DNA of 64,000 bases from Verrucomicrobiaceae bacterium (GCA_051252135.1 JBPOGH010000016.1:32001-96000); one strand, 5' to 3'. Shown: positions 9,434-20,067, numbered from the stretch's first letter. The notes: generated by a model from the letters alone, not told the origin. A program made the numbers and translations.

Positions 9434-10261
9434 CTATCGTTTGCGACGCAGAACACCTGCTGCCAGACAAAGAGCCAACAAACTGAAGGAGGAAGGCTCC
9501 GGAACCACCTGCGATGCCGCAACTGCAAGATTCGAATTTAAACTTGGAGTGTTCTCAAAGGTAATAAGTTCCACGGGGCTATCGACACCGTAAGCGGCGG
9601 CGTAGACCCATTCGTCACCACCGTTGTCCCCATCAGAGAGCGTGGCTTGGAGAAAAATGAAATCTTCCGAAGTAGCTCCGCTGGGAAAGGCCGAGAATGG
9701 AATCGAAAGGGCCGCGTCAGCACCATTGCCAAGGGGCTTGGAGGTGGAAGTATACCCGGCGGGGTTGGTGGAATCGTTGATATGGACCTGATCGCTCGCA
9801 TCGAGAGTCCAGATCCCGAGTCTCTGGGTGACGTCATCGATGGCATCGTCGTGTTGAGCCTTGGTTAGATAGAAAAGTGTAATCTCAGTGATGATGTTTC
9901 TCTCACGGTTGGGACTACCTCCATTATTACTTACTTCTTGCGCATCAAAGAAGAACTGAAACCCGGCAGTCCCTCCAACGGTTGAAATCGGGATGGAAGC
10001 CAAAGCCTGGGCGTCACTAATAGCTTGCTCGTTTCCTTGATTCAAAAAGTTCGAACTGAAGGAACTGGGAAGACTCGGATCTGTTGCCGTAAATCCCTTA
10101 ATAAAAGCCCCGTCGTTCAAATTGACCACAGGGGTCCCTCCATCAACGAAAAGGATAGCGCCATGACCTTGCTGACCGGCCATGAGAAATAGCAAGCAAC
10201 TGGGGAGAACGGAGAATTGCTTGAGTGGGATTGAGGGGAATTGGCGCATAACTTCGAACAA
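9434..10261 (-). CDS. PEP-CTERM sorting-domain protein
   Basis: Signal-like N-terminus; C-terminal VPEPSSFSLLALCLAAGVLRRKR. Start uncertain. Confidence 0.85.
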   Translation of the reverse strand: MFEVMRQFPSIPLKQFSVLPSCLLFLMAGQQGHGAILFVDGGTPVVNLNDGAFIKGFTATDPSLPSSFSSNFLNQGNEQAISDAQALASIPISTVGGTAGFQFFFDAQEVSNNGGSPNRERNIITEITLFYLTKAQHDDAIDDVTQRLGIWTLDASDQVHINDSTNPAGYTSTSKPLGNGADAALSIPFSAFPSGATSEDFIFLQATLSDGDNGGDEWVYAAAYGVDSPVELITFENTPSLNSNLAVAASQVVPEPSSFSLLALCLAAGVLRRKR

Positions 10262-10623
10262 AATTTTACGTTATTGTTAAGATGTGTCAATAATGAAGAT
10301 TTGATGATTGTATATTTTTGATCAGTTTACTGACATTTCGTCAAATTGCCGAAGATTGCTTTTTGAAAAAACGCTGATTATCAACAACCTGAGACTCACC
10401 GGCCAATTGCTCCGTCTCATGAAAACTCCCCGAAGAAACCACCGGAACGCAACCGTCTCGAAGATCGCGCTCACTTACTGAGTCGATTCTCCGCTGCAAG
10501 ATATCCCCCCACCCCCGGCCTTTTTCACCTCCCTCCGACTCGCCTTCGTGTCCGCCGGATGGCGGTCTCCTGCTCATTAGGAGACATCATCATTTTCATT
10601 ATGATCCTCGCTAAACAGCGATC

Positions 10624-10682
10624 ATGAATTTGATTCATTCCTTGCTTCAGTTGCCTGACGAATGAGTGGCATGAATCCGGCT
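10624..10682 (+). promoter_or_regulatory. ATGAAT-N3-ATTCAT box plus sigma54 promoter of nirA
   Basis: ATGAATTTGATTCAT at 10624-10638. TGGCATGAATCCGGCT has GG at 10668 and GC at 10680. Confidence 0.7.
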
Positions 10683-10695
10683 AGATCAAGGAGTC

Positions 10696-12429
10696 ATGAT
10701 TTCTCCTGCCTCTCCCTTCACTGAAGAACAAACCGGCTACCTCAACGGCTTCATGGCCGGCATCCGCCAATCTCTCCCCTTCATGGGACAAAATGCCAGC
10801 GGACAATTCACCAATAATCCTGAAGAAGCCGTCGAGGAAAACGTCTGGGGCACCCCCGTCGAGGACCTCTGCCGTGAGGAACTCGTCAAGCACGAGCAAA
10901 ACGGACTCGATTGCTACGACACCATTCTCGACAAGGCCGCCAAAGGCGAATTCGCATCCGATGGCGATATCTTCCGCTTCAAGTTCCACGGCCTCTTCTA
11001 CGTCACCCCCGCCCAGGAAGCCTACATGCTCCGCGCCCGCATCCCCGGCTGCGCCCTCTCCGCCCGCCAGCTCCACGGCATGGCCGAAATCTCGGAAGAC
11101 TGGGGCGGCGGCTACCTCGATGTCACCACCCGCGGCAATCTCCAGATTCGCGAAATCCTGCCCGCAAATTCCGTCAACGTCCTCAATAAGATCATCGACA
11201 TCGGACTCACTTCCAAAGGATCCGGAGCCGATAACGTCCGCAACATCACCGCCACCCCCACCACCGGTTTCGATAAAGACGAGCTCATCGATGTCATGCC
11301 CTACGCCAAGGCCATGCATCACGCCATTCTCAACAACCGCGACCTCTACGGCATGCCGCGGAAATTCAATATCTCCTACGACTCAGGTGGCGCCATCTCC
11401 GTCTGCGCCGATACCAACGACATCGCCTTCTACGCCGTCACCCTCAAGGAAGACACCCAGGACCTCAAAGCCGGAGTCTACTTCCGCGTCCAACTCTGCG
11501 GCATCACCGGACACAAGCAGTTCGCCTCCGATTCCGGCCTCCTCGTCACCCCAAGCGAGTCCACCGCCCTCGCCTCCGCTATGCTCCGCGTCTTCATCGA
11601 AAATGGCGACCGCACCAACCGCAAAAAAGCCCGCCTCAAATATCTCATCGACGACTGGGGCACCCCCAAGTTCCTCGACGAAGTCCAAAAGAAACTCGCC
11701 TTTCCCCTCCGCTTCGTCGCCGCAGACCTCTGCGAAAAACCACGACCCAAGGTCAAGCACGGCCACGTCGGCACCTACAAGCAAGCCGATGGAAACAACT
11801 ACCTCGGCATCGTCATCCCCGTCGGTCGCATGACCTGTGACACCGCTCACACCATCGCCGACATCGCCGAAGAATTCGGCACCGGAGACATCCGCCTCAC
11901 CGCCTGGCAAAACCTCCTCATCCCCCACATCCCCGACGAAAAACTCGCCGACGCCCAAGCCGCCATCAAAGCCGCCGGCCTCGCCTACGCCTCCACCACC
12001 ATCTCCGGAGGACTCGTCGCCTGCACCGGAAACACCGGCTGCAAGTTCGCCGCCGCCAACACCAAGGGACAAGCCGTCATCCTCGGCAACTACCTCGAAA
12101 CCCGCGTCGAACTCGACCAACCCATCAACATCCACCTCACCGGCTGCCACCACTCCTGCGCCCAACACTACATCGGCGATATCGGCCTCATGGGCACCCC
12201 CGTCAAACTCCCCTCCGGCGAAAAAGTCGAAGGCTACAACATCGTCCTCGGCGGCGGAGTCGATGACACCCAGGCCATCGCCCGCGAGGTCTATAAAAGC
12301 ATCCCCTTCACCGACATCCCCCCCCTCATCGAATCCCTCCTCCAAACCTACCTCGCCAACCGCACCCCCGGCGAAACCTTCGCAAACTACACCCAACGCG
12401 AACGCATCGAGGACCTCGTCCCCGCCTAA
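10696..12429 (+). CDS. nirA: Siroheme/[4Fe-4S] nitrite reductase, ferredoxin-type
   Basis: [31 protein letters not shown], and ACTGNTGC...[10 protein letters not shown] cluster ligands. Confidence 0.92.
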   Translation: MISPASPFTEEQTGYLNGFMAGIRQSLPFMGQNASGQFTNNPEEAVEENVWGTPVEDLCREELVKHEQNGLDCYDTILDKAAKGEFASDGDIFRFKFHGLFYVTPAQEAYMLRARIPGCALSARQLHGMAEISEDWGGGYLDVTTRGNLQIREILPANSVNVLNKIIDIGLTSKGSGADNVRNITATPTTGFDKDELIDVMPYAKAMHHAILNNRDLYGMPRKFNISYDSGGAISVCADTNDIAFYAVTLKEDTQDLKAGVYFRVQLCGITGHKQFASDSGLLVTPSESTALASAMLRVFIENGDRTNRKKARLKYLIDDWGTPKFLDEVQKKLAFPLRFVAADLCEKPRPKVKHGHVGTYKQADGNNYLGIVIPVGRMTCDTAHTIADIAEEFGTGDIRLTAWQNLLIPHIPDEKLADAQAAIKAAGLAYASTTISGGLVACTGNTGCKFAAANTKGQAVILGNYLETRVELDQPINIHLTGCHHSCAQHYIGDIGLMGTPVKLPSGEKVEGYNIVLGGGVDDTQAIAREVYKSIPFTDIPPLIESLLQTYLANRTPGETFANYTQRERIEDLVPA

Positions 12430-12480
12430 AGGAGTCGCGGCGCCCCCGCCGCTTATCAACCAAGCCCTCAATCTCCCCCC

Positions 12481-12526
12481 TGGGCCAAAGGCCCATCTCA
12501 TACCAGCCTAGGGCAACGCCCTAGGT
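12481..12526. repeat. REP-like composite palindrome
   Basis: tgggccaaaggccca plus cctagggcaacgccctagg; same architecture as 47975-48116. Confidence 0.6.
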
Positions 12527-12640
12527 TCTCCACCGCCCAAGAAAATAGGCCAAGCCCGGCACCCCGTCACCCCCTTCCACCTACCCGCAGGCCTCCCCAA
12601 CAACCCCGCCTCCCCATCCAGGATTTCGAATTTCCCACCC

Positions 12641-14155
12641 ATGGTCTCACCCTCACCAGATCCCTTTCCCGACACCAACCTCGTCGACAAACTCCTGAGG
12701 GAACAATCCACCCTCCAAACCCCCGTCGCCAAATTCTCCCAAGAATTCGACTCCCCCGCCCCCCGCACCGACCTCTTCAAACACCTCATCCCCCTCGAAA
12801 AACCCCGCGAGGGCGAACAATACGCCTTCCAGGTCGAACTCGATAAATGCACCGGCTGCAAAGCCTGCGTCGTCGCCTGCCACACCCTCAATGGACTCGA
12901 CGAAGACGAAGCCTGGCGCGACGTCGGCCTCCTCGAATCCGGAAACGGCTTCCAACAAACCGTCACCACCGCCTGCCACCACTGCCTCGACCCCGAATGC
13001 CTCAACGGCTGCCCCGTCGGCGCTTACGAAAAAGAAAAGGACACCGGCATCGTCCGCCACCTCGATGACCAATGCATCGGCTGCGAATACTGCGTCCTCA
13101 AATGCCCCTACGACGTCCCCAAGTATTCTGAAAAACGCGGCATCGTCCGCAAGTGCGACATGTGCCACCAACGCCTCGCCGATGGTGAAGCCCCCGCCTG
13201 CGTCCAGGCCTGCCCCACCGAAGCCATCTCCATCATCAAGATCGACACCGCCGCGCTGCGCCTCGAAAACAACTTCCTCCCCGGCGCACCCACCCCCGCC
13301 ATCACCTCTCCCACCACCCGCTACATCGGCCGCGACGTCCCCCTCAACGCCACCCCCGCCGACCAATCCCAACTCAACCCCCAACCCGCCCACTGGCCCC
13401 TCGCCCTCATGCTCGTCCTCACCCAGATCGGCTTGGGCATTTCGGCATCTTCACTCTTTAACAGCACAGACGCAGTCGAATCTCTCAGTATTGCAGGCTT
13501 CATCATCTTCAACGCCGGCATGATCGCCGCCACCCTCCACCTCGGAAAACCCCTCAAAGCCTGGCGCTTCTTCCTCGGCCTCAAAACCTCCTGGCTCTCC
13601 CGCGAAATCCTCGCCTTCTCCCTCCTCGCCCCCATCCCCGCCCTCCTCGCCGCCGCCCCCTTCCTCCCCGATCTCCCCTTCAAAGACCTCGCCCTCACCG
13701 CCGCCCGCTGGTCCCTCATCCCCGCCTCCCTCGGCGCCATCTTCACCAGCGTCATGATCTACCACGATACCAAACGCACCTCCTGGCACCTCGCCAAATC
13801 CCTCCCCGCCTTCTTCCTCACCTTCACCGCCACCGCCACCCTCTTCCTCAACCCCCTCCTCTTCACCCTCTCGGTAATTCTTCTCCTCGCCCTCGATCTC
13901 AAACTCCTCCTCCCCGCCCGGAGCGCCGACTGGTCCCCCGCCCAACACTCCGCAAAAATCCGCCTCGCCCCCCTCCAACGAGTCACCCGCTCCCGCCTCC
14001 TCACCCTCGCCCTCACCATCCCCCTCGCCTTCATCAACCCCTGGCTCACCCTCCCCGTCCTCCTCGCCTCCGAACTCTGCAGTCGCCACCTCTTCTTCCG
14101 CACCGTCCACGCCCCCAAAATGCCCGGCGGCCTGAATGCCTCCGCCTCTCATTAG
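12641..14155 (+). CDS. Fused DmsB/NrfC-type 4x[4Fe-4S] protein and DmsC-type membrane anchor
   Basis: CTGCKACVVAC, CHHCLDPECLNGCP, CIGCEYCVLKCPY and KCDMC...PACVQACP. Multi-TM part has HLGKPLKAW...SWLSRE. Confidence 0.88.
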   Translation: MVSPSPDPFPDTNLVDKLLREQSTLQTPVAKFSQEFDSPAPRTDLFKHLIPLEKPREGEQYAFQVELDKCTGCKACVVACHTLNGLDEDEAWRDVGLLESGNGFQQTVTTACHHCLDPECLNGCPVGAYEKEKDTGIVRHLDDQCIGCEYCVLKCPYDVPKYSEKRGIVRKCDMCHQRLADGEAPACVQACPTEAISIIKIDTAALRLENNFLPGAPTPAITSPTTRYIGRDVPLNATPADQSQLNPQPAHWPLALMLVLTQIGLGISASSLFNSTDAVESLSIAGFIIFNAGMIAATLHLGKPLKAWRFFLGLKTSWLSREILAFSLLAPIPALLAAAPFLPDLPFKDLALTAARWSLIPASLGAIFTSVMIYHDTKRTSWHLAKSLPAFFLTFTATATLFLNPLLFTLSVILLLALDLKLLLPARSADWSPAQHSAKIRLAPLQRVTRSRLLTLALTIPLAFINPWLTLPVLLASELCSRHLFFRTVHAPKMPGGLNASASH

Positions 14156-14244
14156 GATCGTCAAAAAATTGACCCCATCCCCCGGAGCCCGGACACCCTT
14201 CCGACGGCGAAGCCCTCCCGAAATCACACCATCCCGATTTTTAC

Positions 14245-14286
14245 TTGCAGAATACAAATATCGGAATATAGTTGCAGAATACAACT
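14245..14286 (+). promoter_or_regulatory. Tandem MarR-type operators overlapping a sigma70-like promoter
   Basis: TTGCAGAATACAA occurs twice (14245, 14272); the second extends to AGTTG-N7-CAACT. TTGCAG-16bp-TATAGT overlaps them. Confidence 0.7.
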
Positions 14287-14287
14287 A

Positions 14288-14776
14288 ATGATCATCGACC
14301 AACAAAGCCACCCCGGATTCGCCATTGGCCGCACCAACTACCTCTTTCGCCTGCGGATCATCGAAGCAATCCGGCGATCCAAATCTCTTCTCAACCCCGA
14401 GGAGGCATGGATTCTCATGGTGCTAAAAGAGGCCGACAGACCACTCCCCGGCGCGGAGTTCAACAAGTTCATGATGCGTGATGCCTCAACCCTGACCCGA
14501 CAATTAAATGGCCTCGCTGACAAAGGCATGATCGAACGCCACCGCGACCCAAATGATGGACGCGCCGTCAACATCCACCTCACTCCGCTCGGAAAATCCG
14601 AGCTCAAGAAGCTTCATCCACAGGCCTCCGCTCTTCGGGCCCAGTCCATCGACGGCATCGATCCCGATGATTACGCCATCATGATCGACTGCCTCATCAA
14701 AATTCAAAACAACCTCGCCTCACCGATCAACCTCGAAGGCCGATCAAACACCACTTCAAACAAAAAACGGGCTTAA
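14288..14776 (+). CDS. MarR family transcriptional regulator
   Basis: DASTLTRQLNGLADKGMIER..DPNDGRAVNIHLTPLG. Confidence 0.9.
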   Translation: MIIDQQSHPGFAIGRTNYLFRLRIIEAIRRSKSLLNPEEAWILMVLKEADRPLPGAEFNKFMMRDASTLTRQLNGLADKGMIERHRDPNDGRAVNIHLTPLGKSELKKLHPQASALRAQSIDGIDPDDYAIMIDCLIKIQNNLASPINLEGRSNTTSNKKRA

Positions 14777-14805
14777 CAAAAGCCCCCTGACCTCTCATTC
14801 AAGCC

Positions 14806-16560
14806 ATGAAAAATAACACGACCGCACTCCGACTTGTGGGCTTCACCCTGCTCGCGCTCACGTTCACTCCCCTCCTCAATGCCAAGGATTTCCCCTACGG
14901 AAAAAGCCATGACTATCCGGCATTCCAGGCTCTCGATCTCAATAAAGACGCTCAACTGACCCCTGAGGAGATGGATAAGGCCGCCACCTCCTTGCTGGTC
15001 CTCGACCACGACAAAGACGAAATTCTCAGCCCCGTTGAACTAGGGGGTCCGGGCCACTTCTTCGGGTGGCTGCGCCTGCAACACACCATCCGCGTCATGG
15101 ATCGCGATGGCGACACCGCCTTGTCGAAATCCGAATTGGCCAACGCTCCCGCACAACTCAAACGCCTCGCCGCCAAAGGCGACGGAGACGGCATTCTGAG
15201 CAAACACGAAGCTTACGACCCTCGTGAAACCCTCGGAGGCGGCCAAACCAAAGCCGATCCGGAAAAGGGCGTGGGGCCCATGCTCGAATACATCGTCAAC
15301 TACCCGCGCAATTCCAAAGTCATCGCTCCCGGCAGCGATCCACGCGCCTACGAAGGCTACTTCCTCTACACCGAATCCGGCGTCTCGTCCGATGTCCAGG
15401 TCAACACCGGCACCTTCCTCCTCGATCCCAACGGCAAAAAAGTTCACGAGTGGAAAACCAAACGCTACTCCCCCGAAGGCAGCGCCGCCTACCTCCTCGA
15501 CAACGGCAATCTCCTGCGCAACGTCGCCCCCTCCGACTGGCTCGCCATCGAGGACTTCAGCGTCGGCGCTCATGGCATGGTCGAAATCCTCGATTGGGAC
15601 GGCAATGTTCTTTGGGATTACCAGCGTCACAAAAAAGGCCACCACGTTCTCCATCACGACATCGAACCGCTCGCCAACGGCAATATCCTGCTGCTCTCCT
15701 ACGAAGCAAAAACCCCCGAACAGGTCGCCGCATTGGGAGGCAAAAAAGCCACCGGCATCCGCTGGTTCGAAAAGATTCTCGAGATCAAACCCAACCTCGA
15801 AGATGGCAGCACCGAAGTCGTGTGGGAGTGGGACGTGACCGATCACCTCATCCAAAACGATCACCCCGATCTGCCAAACTACGGCGACCCCGCCGCCCAC
15901 CCGGATCGCCTCGATCTCAACTTCATCCGTCCCGGCGAACGGCAATTTCACTTCAACTCGGTCGACTACCATGCCGGTCGCGACCAACTTCTGGTGAGTT
16001 CCATGAACTACAATGAAGTCTACGTCATCGATCGCCAGAGTGGAAAAATCATCTATCGCTGGGGAAATCCGGCAGCCTACGGCATGGGCACCGCCGCCGA
16101 CCGGATCCTCGCCGGACAACACGACGCCCGCTGGATGGACGACGACACCCTGCCGCATACCGGCGACTTCACCGTGCACAACAACCGCGCCGGAAAACTC
16201 CCCGGTGCAACCAAGCCCGGACCCTTCGCCATGGGAGTCACCCATTCAACGATCCTTGAGGTCAAGCTACCGTCCAGCGACGGAGCCACCTATCCACGTG
16301 AAGACGGCAAACCTTTCGTCGGCGAGATCACCTGGCAGTATCAGCCCAACCCCCTCGACTCCTGGTATTGCCCCTTCATGGGCGGCGCCTCGCGTCTCCC
16401 CAATGGCAACACTCTGGTCGTCAACTCGCACAACAAGCGCGTCTTCGAGGTAACCCCCAAAGGGGAAATCGTCGTCAACTTCCACATCCCCGGACCCGGC
16501 CGCATCTTCCGCGTCTACAAAATCCCGCCCACCCATCCGGCCCTGAAACGGAACCTGTAG
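14806..16560 (+). CDS. Secreted arylsulfotransferase (ASST)-like beta-propeller with N-terminal EF-hand-like repeats
   Basis: Signal peptide; DLNKDAQLTPEE, DHDKDEILSPVE and DRDGDTALSKSE; LHHD, HFNSVDY, GQHDARW and RLPNGNTL. Confidence 0.75.
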   Translation: MKNNTTALRLVGFTLLALTFTPLLNAKDFPYGKSHDYPAFQALDLNKDAQLTPEEMDKAATSLLVLDHDKDEILSPVELGGPGHFFGWLRLQHTIRVMDRDGDTALSKSELANAPAQLKRLAAKGDGDGILSKHEAYDPRETLGGGQTKADPEKGVGPMLEYIVNYPRNSKVIAPGSDPRAYEGYFLYTESGVSSDVQVNTGTFLLDPNGKKVHEWKTKRYSPEGSAAYLLDNGNLLRNVAPSDWLAIEDFSVGAHGMVEILDWDGNVLWDYQRHKKGHHVLHHDIEPLANGNILLLSYEAKTPEQVAALGGKKATGIRWFEKILEIKPNLEDGSTEVVWEWDVTDHLIQNDHPDLPNYGDPAAHPDRLDLNFIRPGERQFHFNSVDYHAGRDQLLVSSMNYNEVYVIDRQSGKIIYRWGNPAAYGMGTAADRILAGQHDARWMDDDTLPHTGDFTVHNNRAGKLPGATKPGPFAMGVTHSTILEVKLPSSDGATYPREDGKPFVGEITWQYQPNPLDSWYCPFMGGASRLPNGNTLVVNSHNKRVFEVTPKGEIVVNFHIPGPGRIFRVYKIPPTHPALKRNL

Positions 16561-16720
16561 CCCTCCACCGGTCACGCTCTCACCTGATATCCCCTCTCCA
16601 GCTGCCTCTGACTTCCAAAAGCCGCTGGAGAGAGATGGAATTTCGCCCGACCCAAGGTCCGCAACCGCTTGGCATCCAGCCATCGCTTCTTCGTTGTCAG
16701 GACTCCGGTCTCCCCAACCA

Positions 16721-16752
16721 TCCATCCCCCTCATCCCCCTCATCCCCCTCAT
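16721..16752. repeat. 9-bp tandem repeat (catccccct)x3
   Basis: catccccct catccccct catccccct cat. Confidence 0.8.
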
Positions 16753-16788
16753 GAATCCGGGTCATGCCCACTTGGCTCAAGGACCGCT
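16751..16788 (+). promoter_or_regulatory. ATGAAT-N5-TCAT box plus sigma54 promoter of nitrate reductase
   Basis: ATGAATCCGGGTCAT at 16751-16765. TGGCTCAAGGACCGCT has GG at 16774 and GC at 16786. Confidence 0.7.
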
Positions 16789-16814
16789 GAACAGAACATG
16801 CCGTCCCACTCCGC

Positions 16815-19019
16815 ATGCCTGCCGTCCTCGACAAACTCCTCCATCAACGCAGCGGACCACTCACCTCCGAGCTCCTCCTGCGTCCTGCCGACTTCGGCCT
16901 CGGCAAACTCCCGCGCAATCTCGAGACCGATGACGTCACCACTTCCGTCTGCGGTTTCTGCTCCACCGGCTGCCAGTTAAAACTCCACCTCCACGAGGGC
17001 CAGGCCGTCGGCGTCACCCCCTCACCCAACTACCCCGTCAACCTCGGCATGGCCTGCCCCAAAGGCTGGGAAGCACTCTCCGTCCTCAACTCTTCCGAAC
17101 GCGCCACCACCCCGCTTCTCGAAGGAAACGAAATCTCCTGGGACCTCGCCGCCCGCATCTTCACCGACCGCTTCAAGGAAGTCCAAAATAAGCACGGCAA
17201 GGACTCCGTCGCCTTCATCTCCACCGGACAAATCGCCACCGAAGAAATGGCCTTCCTCGGTGCCTTCGCCAAGTTCGGCATGGGCATCAAGCATGGCGAT
17301 GGCAACACCCGCCAGTGCATGGCCACCTCCGTCGTCGCCTACAAGCAAGCCTTCGGCTTCGACGCCCCACCCTACACCTACGCCGATTTCGAAGAATCCG
17401 ACGTCGTCGTCCTTCTCGGCTCCAATCTCGCCATCGCCCACCCCATCCTCTACCAGCGCCTCGCGCGCAATAAGCGCAACCCTGACATCGTCGTCATCGA
17501 CCCCCGCGCCACCGAGACCGCGCAAATCGCGACCCAACACCTCGCCCTCAAATCAAAAGGCGACCTCCCCCTTCTCTACGCCCTCGCCCACTGCATCATT
17601 CGTGACGACCGCGTCGATCACGACTTCCTCCGCGAGCACACCGACGGCTTCGATGACTTTGCCAATTTCGTCAAAGACTACTCCCCCGACGCCACCCGCT
17701 CCCAGACCGGCATCGGCCGCCTCCAGGTCGAAGCCCTCGCCAAACTCATCTCCGATCCCTCCAAGCGCGTCTCCATGTGGTGGACCATGGGCGTCAACCA
17801 ATCACACGAAGGCGTCCGCACCGCCCAAGCCATCATCAACCTCTGCCTCATGACAGGCAACATCGGCAAGCCCGGCACCGGCCCCAACTCCATCACCGGC
17901 CAGTGCAACGCCATGGGCTCCCGCCTCTTCTCAAACACCACCAGCCTCCTCGGCGGGCACGATTTCGCCAACCCCGCTCACCGCGAAAAAGTCTCCCGCA
18001 TCCTCGAAATCCCCGAGGAAAATATCCCCACCGAACCCAGCTGGGCCTACGACCAAATCATCGACGGCATCGAAGCCGGAAAAATCAAAGGCCTCTGGGT
18101 CATCGCCACCAATCCCGCCCACTCCTGGATCAACCAAAGCAAGTTCCACGAAGTACGAAAGAAACTCGATTTCCTCGTCGTCCAGGACATGTATCACACC
18201 ACCGAGACCGCCCAAACCGCCGACCTCCTCCTCCCGGCCGCCGCGTGGGGAGAAAAAAGCGGCACCTTCATCAACTCCGAGCGCCGCATCGGCACCCTCA
18301 AACAAGTCCGCCACGCCCCCGGCCAAGCCCTCTCCGACTTCCGCATCCTCCAACTCCTCGCCAACACCTGGGGCTGTGGCGAACTCTTCGAAAAATGGTC
18401 CTCGCCTCCCGCCGCCTTCGAACTCCTCCAAGAACTCTCCGCCGACCAACCCTGCGACATCACCGGCATCCAGGGCTACCAACACCTCGACCAGGCAGGC
18501 GGCATCCAATGGCCCCTTCCCTCAACGCTTCAAACTGAACACTTGAAACTTCAAACTCCTCAGGAGCGCCGTCTCTTCGAAGACAAAAAATTCCACACCC
18601 CAAACGGCCGCGCCAAATTCCTCTTCGATCCCCCCGCGCCTCTCCCCGAGCCGACCTGCAGCGCCTACCCCTTCACCCTACTCACCGGCCGCGGCACCTC
18701 CGCCCAGTGGCACACCCAGTCCCGCACCAACAAAAGCGCCGTCCTCAGAAAACTCTACCCCAAGGAGCTCCTCCTCGACCTCCACCCCGACGACGCCGCT
18801 TCGCTCAACATCGCCGACCGCGACCCCATCTCCATCTCCTCGCGCCGCGGCACCATCACCGCCAAAGCCCACCTCACCACCAACGTGAACCCCGGCGAAG
18901 TCTTCCTCCCCATGCACGAAGGCACCACCAACCTCCTCACCTTCCCCGCCTTCGACCCCCACTCCCGCCAACCCAGCTACAAAGCCTGCGCCGTTCAAAT
19001 CACATCCACCCTCTCGTAG
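16815..19019 (+). CDS. nasA: Assimilatory Mo-bisMGD nitrate reductase catalytic subunit (NarB/NasA type)
   Basis: CGFCSTGC...[46 protein letters not shown] and [10 protein letters not shown]. No Tat signal. Confidence 0.92.
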   Translation: MPAVLDKLLHQRSGPLTSELLLRPADFGLGKLPRNLETDDVTTSVCGFCSTGCQLKLHLHEGQAVGVTPSPNYPVNLGMACPKGWEALSVLNSSERATTPLLEGNEISWDLAARIFTDRFKEVQNKHGKDSVAFISTGQIATEEMAFLGAFAKFGMGIKHGDGNTRQCMATSVVAYKQAFGFDAPPYTYADFEESDVVVLLGSNLAIAHPILYQRLARNKRNPDIVVIDPRATETAQIATQHLALKSKGDLPLLYALAHCIIRDDRVDHDFLREHTDGFDDFANFVKDYSPDATRSQTGIGRLQVEALAKLISDPSKRVSMWWTMGVNQSHEGVRTAQAIINLCLMTGNIGKPGTGPNSITGQCNAMGSRLFSNTTSLLGGHDFANPAHREKVSRILEIPEENIPTEPSWAYDQIIDGIEAGKIKGLWVIATNPAHSWINQSKFHEVRKKLDFLVVQDMYHTTETAQTADLLLPAAAWGEKSGTFINSERRIGTLKQVRHAPGQALSDFRILQLLANTWGCGELFEKWSSPPAAFELLQELSADQPCDITGIQGYQHLDQAGGIQWPLPSTLQTEHLKLQTPQERRLFEDKKFHTPNGRAKFLFDPPAPLPEPTCSAYPFTLLTGRGTSAQWHTQSRTNKSAVLRKLYPKELLLDLHPDDAASLNIADRDPISISSRRGTITAKAHLTTNVNPGEVFLPMHEGTTNLLTFPAFDPHSRQPSYKACAVQITSTLS

Positions 19020-19079
19020 TCTTCGGCTGCTCGAATTCTCCTTCCTTCACCCGCCCTCGCCACGCTAGCCTAGTTCGAC

Positions 19080-20063
19080 ATGGCTAGGAAGAAACTCTCT
19101 CGCAAAGGCATCTCCATCCTTCTCCTCCTTGCCCTCCTTCTTTGGAGAGCCTGGCCCCTGATCCCGATCATCTTCAGCCTAAATCTTAGGGTTTCGCACG
19201 AGGAGCACCTCATCGAAGAACTCCTCCCCCCATCAGAGGAGCCCACCCAAATCCTCAAGGGACTATCTCACCCTTATTTCAATGAGAGGACCCTCATTTC
19301 CGAGATTCTCTTCGGTCGGCGAAACATCACCCACGGACACGCCTTCCATCCAAGGGAAGTCGAACCTCTCCCCGAACACTCTAAACTCGCCAGCCTCCTA
19401 TCTGATCGATCCTCATACTGGAGATGGAGAGGTCAGAAAGCATGCGGAGGATTCCACGGAGATTATCTCCTCACCTGGGAAACCGACACCAATCTTTGGG
19501 AAGCCATTCTTTGCAACGGTTGTGGGGAGGTCATTCTCTACCACGGAGACCAAGCGGTTCGATGTGACTTGACCAACTCGGCGCAAAAAAGGGGCGATTC
19601 TCTGCACTACAGAATCAAGGGGCGCTCACCATACAACGCTCAAGAATCCATGACGCGACTTCTCCTCTCGGTCGAACTTCTCAATGAGCAACACGCGATC
19701 AAAGAAGACCCACAGCTTCTCGTTAAAGAACTCGATGTTCAGGATGCCACCGAATTCGCAAAGCTCATCAAATCCCACTCGCTTGAGACTGTCGACGATA
19801 CTCCCGCCACAAAAGAACTCTTCAAGAAACATCTGCACGCGACCCTCACACACCTCTCAAATATCGACCGTCGGGCAGTGTCGCTCATCAACCTCATGAT
19901 CGATCCCGATATCAACTGGAGTGATTCCGAGTTTCTCCATCTTCAAAACATCATCGTCCGCTACGGCTACCGCGCCATCCGGACTCTCAAATCCGCACCT
20001 GCAGACCACCCCGCTGTCCAACAATGCCTCCTCCGCATCAGGGAACAACAAGCAAGCCAGTAA
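19080..20063 (+). CDS. Hypothetical membrane-anchored protein with KxCGGFH and CxGC motifs
   Basis: 327-aa ORF with an N-terminal hydrophobic segment; weaker C-skew than its neighbours. Confidence 0.65.
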   Translation: MARKKLSRKGISILLLLALLLWRAWPLIPIIFSLNLRVSHEEHLIEELLPPSEEPTQILKGLSHPYFNERTLISEILFGRRNITHGHAFHPREVEPLPEHSKLASLLSDRSSYWRWRGQKACGGFHGDYLLTWETDTNLWEAILCNGCGEVILYHGDQAVRCDLTNSAQKRGDSLHYRIKGRSPYNAQESMTRLLLSVELLNEQHAIKEDPQLLVKELDVQDATEFAKLIKSHSLETVDDTPATKELFKKHLHATLTHLSNIDRRAVSLINLMIDPDINWSDSEFLHLQNIIVRYGYRAIRTLKSAPADHPAVQQCLLRIREQQASQ

Positions 20064-20067
20064 AACC

